A DNA stretch of 33,701 nt from Minisyncoccota bacterium. Lineage in GTDB: Bacteria; Patescibacteriota; Minisyncoccia; UBA6257; Colwellbacteraceae. The notes beneath the pieces were generated by a model. It was given only the letters and a program-made list of their open reading frames with translations, searched no databases and was not told the DNA's origin. The translations under genes and the position numbers were made by a program. The stretch is from assembly GCA_036517755.1 (NCBI GenBank), contig DATDUH010000010.1, positions 1 to 33,701 of the forward strand. The letters run 5' to 3'. This document shows positions 1 to 5,062 of the stretch, one piece after another. Each line of letters starts with the position of its first letter. The stretch's first letter is position 1.

Positions 1-1475
1 ATTTCTAGTAAATTTTTAACTTGAGGATCGGACCCGTAAAGCGTTCTTAGCTCGGGTGATTTTTCAAGATAAGCCGAAATCCCTTCGTTACCGAAATTAG
101 CCATAAAAGGAATCAGCTTAGCGACTCGGTCGCAGAAAGAATAAGGTAGTCCCATGGCTCGGCCGGCATCCCGGACCGCCGCCCGAGCGGCCATCGTGCC
201 GAAAGTAATAATTTGAGCCACATATCCCTCGCCGTATTTATCCCTTAAATAGCCGAGGACCTCGTCCCGGCGGTGATCGGCAAAATCAAGATCAATGTCC
301 GGCATCTGAATCCGCTCGGGATTCAAGAATCTTTCAAAAAGGAGTTCGTATTTTAAGGGGTCAACGTCGGTAATATTTAAAAGATAAGAAACAATACTGC
401 CGGCGGCCGAACCCCGGCCCGGGCCAACCGCAATGCCGTGATTTTTCGCCCAGTTAACAAAGTCTTGGACAATTAGGAAGTAGTCGGCAAAGCCGGTTTT
501 TTCAATCACGCCAAGTTCATATTCAAGCCGTTCGCGGGCCTTCTCTTCCGAAGCGAGTCCGCGTTTTGGCAGACCTTCTTCGGCGAGACGACGCAAAAAA
601 GAATTACTATTCTCCTCGCCTTCGGGCAAGGGGTAAACTGGTAAATGGATTTTGTCTAACTCAAATTCGAAATCACATTTTAGAGCCACCTTAACTGTAT
701 TTTCGATCGCTTCAGGCAAGTGTTTGAAAAGCTCAGCCATTTCTTCGGCTGAACGAAAAGAGGCGTCATGCTCTTTAAAAGTTAATCGATCTTCATCATC
801 AAGCCGGTTATTTGTTTGAATCGCTAGAAGAATTTCATGAATCGGTGCATCTTCACGATTTAAATAATGAGAATCTTGGGTAGCAACGAGCGGAATATTA
901 AATTTTTTGGAAAAAGAAACTAAATCTTCATGAAGATCCGGATTATGAGGTTGAATTTCAAGGTAGTAATCTTCGCCAAAAAGTCCGTGGTAATACTTAA
1001 TCGCTTCTTCAGCTCCTTCTTTGTCCCCGGCCCGCAAAAGTTTTCCCACCTCGCCCGAGAAACATCCCGAAAGACAGATTAAACCTTCGTGGTATTTTTC
1101 TAAAAGCTCTTTGTCTATCCTTGGTTTGTAGTAAAAACCTTCGAGGTGAGACTTGGTGATTAACTGGACTAAATTGCGATAACCCTCCTTGTCTTTAACA
1201 AGCAGGGTGAGGTGATATCTGAGGTTGTCTACCTTGGGGTCTTTTGATAAGCGAGAATGACGGGCGACATAGGTTTCGACACCAATGATTGGTTTAATGC
1301 CGGCGGCTTTGGCTTTTTTGTAAAACTCGACCGAACCGTAAAGATTGCCGTGATCAGTTAGGGCCAGGGCCTCCATTCCCAGTTCTTTGGCTCTATCTAC
1401 TAAAGGGCCGATTTTCGAAAGACCATCAAGGAGAGAGTAATGAGAGTGGGTATGCAGATGAACAAATTTCGCCAT
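1..1475 (-). CDS. dnaE: DNA polymerase III alpha subunit, N-terminal ~491 codons; the gene continues past the window start
   Basis: Absent from the ORF track because it is open at the window edge. Reverse-strand translation from ATG 1475-1473 reads MAKFVHLHTHSHYSLLDGLSKIGPLVDRAKELGMEALALTDHGNLYGSVEFYKKAKAAGIKPIIG..., a canonical PHP-domain DnaE N-terminus. The frame stays open to position 1 (...DPQVKNLLE). Confidence 0.9.
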   Translation of the reverse strand, partial: MAKFVHLHTHSHYSLLDGLSKIGPLVDRAKELGMEALALTDHGNLYGSVEFYKKAKAAGIKPIIGVETYVARHSRLSKDPKVDNLRYHLTLLVKDKEGYRNLVQLITKSHLEGFYYKPRIDKELLEKYHEGLICLSGCFSGEVGKLLRAGDKEGAEEAIKYYHGLFGEDYYLEIQPHNPDLHEDLVSFSKKFNIPLVATQDSHYLNREDAPIHEILLAIQTNNRLDDEDRLTFKEHDASFRSAEEMAELFKHLPEAIENTVKVALKCDFEFELDKIHLPVYPLPEGEENSNSFLRRLAEEGLPKRGLASEEKARERLEYELGVIEKTGFADYFLIVQDFVNWAKNHGIAVGPGRGSAAGSIVSYLLNITDVDPLKYELLFERFLNPERIQMPDIDLDFADHRRDEVLGYLRDKYGEGYVAQIITFGTMAARAAVRDAGRAMGLPYSFCDRVAKLIPFMANFGNEGISAYLEKSPELRTLYGSDPQVKNLLE

Positions 1476-1484
1476 TCCAGGCTC

Positions 1485-1513
1485 ATTATAAAGGGCGAAC
1501 CCCATCTCCTCAA
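1485..1513 (-). promoter_or_regulatory. Candidate sigma70-type promoter for dnaE: -35 TTGAGG (1513-1508), 17-nt spacer, -10 TATAAT (1490-1485)
   Basis: Motifs read on the minus strand. The -10 ends only 9 nt before the dnaE ATG. The -35 lies inside the left boundary repeat of the island. Confidence 0.35.
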
Positions 1514-1558
1514 GAACGCCCTCCGCTCGGATAAATAAAGCCTTGAGATGTTCTCTAC
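1507..1558. repeat. Left boundary repeat block of the rnc-dnaE island
   Basis: Three segments are reverse complements of the right block: 1507-1517 tcctcaagaac (3094-3104), 1521-1530 ctccgctcgg (3079-3088) and 1531-1537 ataaata (3071-3077). 1546-1558 agatgttctctac is the exact reverse complement of 2933-2945. Confidence 0.8.
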
Positions 1559-1571
1559 AGAGATAGGGTTT

Positions 1572-1602
1572 TTGACATCGACTTTACAAGAATGTCTATA
1601 TC
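1572..1602 (+). promoter_or_regulatory. Candidate promoter of the high-GC micro-operon: -35 TTGACA (1572-1577), weak -10 (TCTATA 1595-1600 or TATATC 1597-1602)
   Basis: Perfect -35 hexamer and an AT-rich -10 region at 17-19 nt spacing, about 70 nt upstream of the first SD/ATG. It diverges from the dnaE promoter. Confidence 0.35.
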
Positions 1603-1670
1603 TGGCTTAATAATATTATTGAGGCAAAGGATCTCAACAGTACCTTGATTCATTGAGGGGAGGTGAGAAC

Positions 1671-1841
1671 ATGAGAGTAAACTCAAGGCCTACCGTCGTG
1701 GATCTGGCCGACTACAGACACAAGAAGGCCGAAGAGATCCGCGCCGAGGTCCGGAGGGCTCATCGAGGACATCGCCCTTCGGACAACTGTGGCTGCGTTA
1801 AACGCTTACATGAACGCTTGCGGATACTCGAAAGCCGGTGA
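1671..1841 (+). CDS. Hypothetical small basic protein (56 aa), ORF A of the high-GC cassette
   Basis: SD GGAGGTG at 1659-1665 lies 5 nt before ATG 1671. Sequence: MRVNSRPTVVDLADYRHKKAEEIRAEVRRAHRGHRPSDNCGCVKRLHERLRILESR. I recognise no family. Confidence 0.5.
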   Translation: MRVNSRPTVVDLADYRHKKAEEIRAEVRRAHRGHRPSDNCGCVKRLHERLRILESR

Positions 1842-1890
1842 GCCACATAGCGATGCGGCGAGAGCGGCTTCATTATCTGAGGAGGTGAAC

Positions 1891-2106
1891 ATGGCAATCT
1901 ACACCAGAAGTGATGAACTGGATCAGGCGGTGATCGCGGCTGTGCGCGACGCGGGTCATCCACTCCATCCCCGCGAGATCGTCGCTCGGGTCGAGAAGCA
2001 ACTCGAGACCAGAGAGCAGGACATCAGGTTCTGCATCATGGACCTGGAGAATCGCGGCCTGCTCGAGATGACCGCAGACCTGACAACGGGTCTGCCGTCG
2101 AGATGA
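1891..2106 (+). CDS. Hypothetical 71-aa protein, possibly a winged-helix DNA-binding fold, ORF B of the cassette
   Basis: SD GGAGGTG at 1881-1887 lies 3 nt before ATG 1891. Third-position GC is high. Sequence: MAIYTRSDELDQAVIAAVRDAGHPLHPREIVARVEKQLETREQDIRFCIMDLENRGLLEMT... The helix/turn/wing pattern is my reading only. Confidence 0.55.
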   Translation: MAIYTRSDELDQAVIAAVRDAGHPLHPREIVARVEKQLETREQDIRFCIMDLENRGLLEMTADLTTGLPSR

Positions 2107-2115
2107 GGAGGTGTT

Positions 2116-2316
2116 ATGTGCCAGTCGTGGTACGCTGAGCAGGATTTCGTCATCTGGATGGAGGCTCGAGCCGCGGAGCAAGGGCATCGTCCAGGGTGCA
2201 TCGGTATCCGCGCCCTCTGCAGCTGTCCAGGCATGGACAGGGATGTTGCGCCTGACGAAGTTCGGGCGACAAGGGCGGAAGACGTCGAGAGCGCCTCTGT
2301 GCTACGCGGCATGTAG
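2116..2316 (+). CDS. Hypothetical Cys-rich 66-aa protein, ORF C of the cassette
   Basis: SD GGAGGTG at 2107-2113 lies 2 nt before ATG 2116. By eye this frame has higher GC3 than the overlapping 2111 frame. No recognisable family. Confidence 0.45.
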   Translation: MCQSWYAEQDFVIWMEARAAEQGHRPGCIGIRALCSCPGMDRDVAPDEVRATRAEDVESASVLRGM

Positions 2317-2335
2317 ATGCAAAGGAGGTGAACTG

Positions 2336-2665
2336 ATGTACACGGAGACCTGTCCTAACTGCGGACACGAACAGTTCTGCGTGCCTGGCCAGTCGGTCAA
2401 CTGCTCCAAGTGCGGCTCCACGATCGGCGGCTACAGGAAGGAGCCACAGGAAGGAGTGAGAACGGTGAGCTGGAGTGAGCTACTCGGCCCGGAGATCGCG
2501 GTCATCGAGATCGAGCGTCTTGAAGACCAGCGGCTTCCGCGCATCCGTCTGCGCAAGGGCAAGGACTGGGGGACGGGCCTGATGGGTCCAGTCCTGTTCG
2601 AGCTCAGACTCAGCCGGCGTTGGCCCTGGATAGGGTTCGCTCGACCGGCCAGACAGCCATCATAA
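2336..2665 (+). CDS. Hypothetical zinc-ribbon protein (109 aa), ORF D of the cassette
   Basis: SD GGAGGTG at 2324-2330 lies 5 nt before ATG 2336. The N-terminus MYTETCPNCGHEQFCVPGQSVNCSKCGS has a CPNC-x13-CSKC motif. It is the in-frame downstream part of track ORF 2111..2665. Confidence 0.6.
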   Translation: MYTETCPNCGHEQFCVPGQSVNCSKCGSTIGGYRKEPQEGVRTVSWSELLGPEIAVIEIERLEDQRLPRIRLRKGKDWGTGLMGPVLFELRLSRRWPWIGFARPARQPS

Positions 2666-2666
2666 C

Positions 2667-2725
2667 GGCCCGTACGTGGAAGTGTGGGAAACCCACACGC
2701 TCCACGTGCGGGCCTTCCCATTTTT
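2667..2725 (+). terminator. Long intrinsic terminator hairpin closing the cassette
   Basis: ggcccgtacgtggaagtgtggg (2667-2688), loop aaa, then cccacacgctccacgtgcgggcc (2692-2714). The ~22-bp stem has one wobble and one bulge. It is followed by ttcccattttt and begins 2 nt after the ORF D stop. Confidence 0.75.
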
Positions 2726-2743
2726 AAACACCTATAGTTGATT

Positions 2744-2765
2744 GGCTAATTCGTGCGAATTGGCC
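2744..2765. repeat. 22-bp near-palindrome ggctaattcg-tg-cgaattggcc (one mismatch)
   Basis: Read directly. A related word, ctggctaatt, recurs at 2824-2833. Confidence 0.7.
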
Positions 2766-2779
2766 CATGGATAAAAAAC

Positions 2780-2813
2780 AATATTCTAATATTCTGCAGA
2801 ATATTAGAATATT
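2780..2813. repeat. Perfect 34-bp palindrome AATATTCTAATATTCTGCAGAATATTAGAATATT
   Basis: Its reverse complement is identical. It is built from a tandem AATATTCT pair and its mirror image around CTGCAG. Confidence 0.95.
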
Positions 2814-2840
2814 ATATTCAAGACTGGCTAATTACATATC

Positions 2841-2866
2841 TAGGTACGTACCTATTTACGTAAATA
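2841..2866. repeat. Two abutting perfect 14-bp palindromes, TAGGTACGTACCTA (2841-2854) and TATTTACGTAAATA (2853-2866)
   Basis: Both are self-complementary, both centre on TACGTA, and they overlap by 2 nt. Confidence 0.95.
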
Positions 2867-2876
2867 AATTGTAGTA

Positions 2877-2902
2877 CTGCTCAGTAGCATGCTACTGAGC
2901 AG
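2877..2902. repeat. Perfect 26-bp palindrome CTGCTCAGTAGCATGCTACTGAGCAG
   Basis: Its reverse complement is identical. Centre is GCATGC. Confidence 0.95.
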
Positions 2903-2920
2903 CGAGAACGAACTGGGCGA

Positions 2921-3113
2921 GAACTTATTTCCGTAGAGAACATCTTGAAACGAGGCAAATAAATAGTGAGTGAGGGTACTAAGAAGTAGAGGCGCGAACA
3001 TTGTCTGAATCCCGAGCAGACCGAGGTTGAGTTTGAGAGCGGCTCCACCCTTCTTTAGCCGAACGAACGCTATTTATTCCGAGCGGAGAGCCTGTTCTTG
3101 AGGAAATAAGTTC
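2921..3113. repeat. Right boundary repeat block: an imperfect ~45-nt inverted pair (2921-2966 and 3070-3113) around a 103-nt spacer
   Basis: Exact inverted matches: gaacttatttcc 2921-2932 with ggaaataagttc 3102-3113, and aataaatag 2958-2966 with ctatttatt 3070-3078. The middle parts are diverged and share agaaca. Confidence 0.8.
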
Positions 3114-3119
3114 GAGCTC

Positions 3120-3809
3120 CTATATCCGCCGCATTTCCCTCAAGAGGTTTTGGGCCGCTTCAGTTTCAGCTTCTTGCTTGGATTTGCCCTCACCTTCGGA
3201 CTTCAGTTCTTCACCGAAATAGAGGCCAACCCTAAAAATCCTTTCATGGGCAGGACCAGACTCTGAAAGCACTCGATAAGTCGGCGTTACCCTGTGTTCA
3301 CTTTGAGCCGACTCCTGGATTAGGCTTTTCGGATCTTTACCGCCTTCCTCAATTAGGGCCTCGACTCGAGAGAAAATAAAATCATTAATGAATTGTTTGG
3401 CTCTGGAGTATCCCTGGTCGAGATAAATAGCTCCGATTAGGGCTTCGACCGCATCAGCCGAGATGGTCTCCCTGGCTCGACCCGAGAAATTTTTAGTTTC
3501 CCCGCGAGATAAAAGAATTTTTTGATCGAGTTCAATTTCGGTAGCTAAGAGAGCCAGGGTTTTGGTATTGACGAGACCCGCTCGGTAGAGAGTTAGTTCT
3601 CCCTCCTCCTTAGTGGGGAAGTGATTAAAGAGCGCTTCGGTGACAGCTAGTTCTAAGACAGCATCGCCCAGAAACTCCAGGCGTTCATTGTTGCCATATT
3701 GCCATTTCGGATTTTCATTCAAATAAGAGCGGTGAGTCAGGGCTTCTTTAAGAAGACGAAGATCCCTAAAACTTAATTTGATTTTTTCCTGAAGAATCTC
3801 AAGCTCCAT
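3120..3809 (-). CDS. rnc: Ribonuclease III
   Basis: 229-aa ORF with the RNase III signature NERLEFLGDAVLELAV and a C-terminal dsRBD-like region. Confidence 0.95.
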   Translation of the reverse strand: MELEILQEKIKLSFRDLRLLKEALTHRSYLNENPKWQYGNNERLEFLGDAVLELAVTEALFNHFPTKEEGELTLYRAGLVNTKTLALLATEIELDQKILLSRGETKNFSGRARETISADAVEALIGAIYLDQGYSRAKQFINDFIFSRVEALIEEGGKDPKSLIQESAQSEHRVTPTYRVLSESGPAHERIFRVGLYFGEELKSEGEGKSKQEAETEAAQNLLREMRRI

Positions 3810-3811
3810 TT

Positions 3812-4249
3812 CTATTCTTCTCTTTTGTCCGGCTCGCCCATTTCCCGATAGACTGTGCCGAGAACGCCGTTCACGAATTTACCCGAGTTTAAACCGCCAT
3901 AGGTTTTGGCCAGTTCAATTGCCTCATTAATAGCCACTCGGGGCGGCACCTCACCTCGATCGGCATAGATCAGTTCATAAAGTCCAAGGCGGAGGACATT
4001 GCGATCGATGGGCGATAATTTTTCAATCGGCCACTCTGGCGCCGAAGTGGCGATAATCTCGTCCAGTTTTTCTATTTTTGATTCCACTCCTCCGACTAAA
4101 CCAAAAACAAAATCCTGGTCAGTGTAGCCTGGAGCGAATTCATTAAGATTGCGTTCGGCAATGGTTTTAAGATCAGCAGCCTGATTAAAAAAATCCCATT
4201 CGTAAAGCGATTGAAGGGCTATCCCCCTACCGAGCTGTCTGGCCGCCAT
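3812..4249 (-). CDS. nusB: Transcription antitermination factor NusB
   Basis: 145-aa ORF with a NusB-like helical sequence ([13 protein letters not shown]..., [17 protein letters not shown]). The nusB-rnc arrangement fits. Confidence 0.85.
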   Translation of the reverse strand: MAARQLGRGIALQSLYEWDFFNQAADLKTIAERNLNEFAPGYTDQDFVFGLVGGVESKIEKLDEIIATSAPEWPIEKLSPIDRNVLRLGLYELIYADRGEVPPRVAINEAIELAKTYGGLNSGKFVNGVLGTVYREMGEPDKREE

Positions 4250-4394
4250 AGTGTCCGCAGTTTTTACAAGCCCGATGAGAGAGAGTGGGGGCGCCGCACT
4301 TGGCGCAGGGGATTAGGGGAAGGGGACGCCTCGCCTGGTGCGAACGCCTTTTGCCCACTTTAGATTTAGTGTGGTGTTTTTTAGGTACGCCCAT
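4227..4394 (-). CDS. rpmF: 50S ribosomal protein L32 (55 aa; below the ORF-track size cutoff)
   Basis: Minus-strand ATG at 4394. Translation: [55 protein letters not shown], with the L32 N-terminal motif and CxxC...CxxC. The TAG stop is at 4229-4227, overlapping the nusB start by 23 nt. Confidence 0.85.
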   Translation of the reverse strand: MGVPKKHHTKSKVGKRRSHQARRPLPLIPCAKCGAPTLSHRACKNCGHYGGQTAR

Positions 4395-4410
4395 AAATAA
4401 AGAACGATTA

Positions 4411-5028
4411 TTAATTGAGACTAACTAATCCCTTTAAATAAGTCAATCGATGGATTCGAGCCGGCCCCAGCCTTTTAATTCTTCTTTGATGGAGGGCCGT
4501 GCCATAGCCTTTGTGGAGGTTAAGGGCGTAGTTGGGATAACGTTGATGGAGCTTAAGCATATAGTTGTCTCTCGTGACTTTCGCCACAATCGAGGCAAGT
4601 TTAATAGCTACCAGTTTTTCGTCTCCGCGGATAACGGTTTTAATCCTAGGGCCGAGTTCATCTAGGAGTGGCTCGTCTAAAATACTTAAGCCTCCGTCGA
4701 GATAGACGAAGCAGTCATGAGGAGCGATGGCGGTAAACCGAAGAAGCCGCTGGAGAGACTGGGTCGAAGCCATATCGGCGGCCCGGCGGATATTTTTAGC
4801 TTCGATTTTTCTCTGATAGACTCTCGCCGTAGCATAGCTAATATCCGGGTGCTCTTTGATGTATTGGAACCAGACCGAGCGTTGCCGCGGACTTAATTTT
4901 TTTGAATCCCGCAATCGGGGAAGATAACTGGCTTTGGGGTAGAACCGCGGCGGGATGACAAGAGCCGCGACCACCACCGGTCCGGCCAAGGCGCCCCGGC
5001 CAGCTTCATCGATTCCGATAACAGGCAT
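4411..5028 (-). CDS. rnhB: Ribonuclease HII
   Basis: 205 aa. N-terminal GIDEAGRGALAGPVVVAAL catalytic motif. Confidence 0.9.
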   Translation of the reverse strand: MPVIGIDEAGRGALAGPVVVAALVIPPRFYPKASYLPRLRDSKKLSPRQRSVWFQYIKEHPDISYATARVYQRKIEAKNIRRAADMASTQSLQRLLRFTAIAPHDCFVYLDGGLSILDEPLLDELGPRIKTVIRGDEKLVAIKLASIVAKVTRDNYMLKLHQRYPNYALNLHKGYGTALHQRRIKRLGPARIHRLTYLKGLVSLN

Positions 5029-5031
5029 AGT

Positions 5032-5039
5032 TGTATAAT
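5032..5039 (+). promoter_or_regulatory. Extended -10 element TGTATAAT upstream of smc
   Basis: TGnTATAAT match 23 nt before ATG 5063. AGGA at 5054-5057 is a possible SD. Confidence 0.4.
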
Positions 5040-5062
5040 AAATCAGAAACTCCTAGGATAAA

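Noticed and set aside
2111-2665. A single 184-aa plus-strand ORF starting at GTG 2111.
   Set aside because: GTG 2111 lies inside the SD heptamer that serves ATG 2116. A second full SD precedes ATG 2336 in this frame. The region reads better as ORF C (2116-2316) plus ORF D (2336-2665).
1650-2720. The GC-rich block as a large structured non-coding RNA (GC spike of the rRNA or ornate-RNA type).
   Set aside because: Four evenly placed GGAGGTG-ATG pairs, open frames of matching length and GC enrichment at third codon positions all favour protein coding. I cannot exclude additional RNA elements without covariance analysis.
1760-2721. Minus-strand track ORFs inside the high-GC block (1760..1963, 1873..2187, 1956..2312, 2150..2368, 2431..2721).
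   Set aside because: They are Ser/Arg/Pro-rich with no SD sequences. They overlap each other and the SD-led plus-strand ORFs. Long spurious antisense ORFs are expected in high-GC DNA.
2852-3001. A 49-aa minus-strand ORF (MFAPLLLSTLTHYLF...) spanning the palindromes and the right inner repeat.
   Set aside because: It has no SD and runs straight through perfect palindromes and repeat modules. The composition looks incidental.
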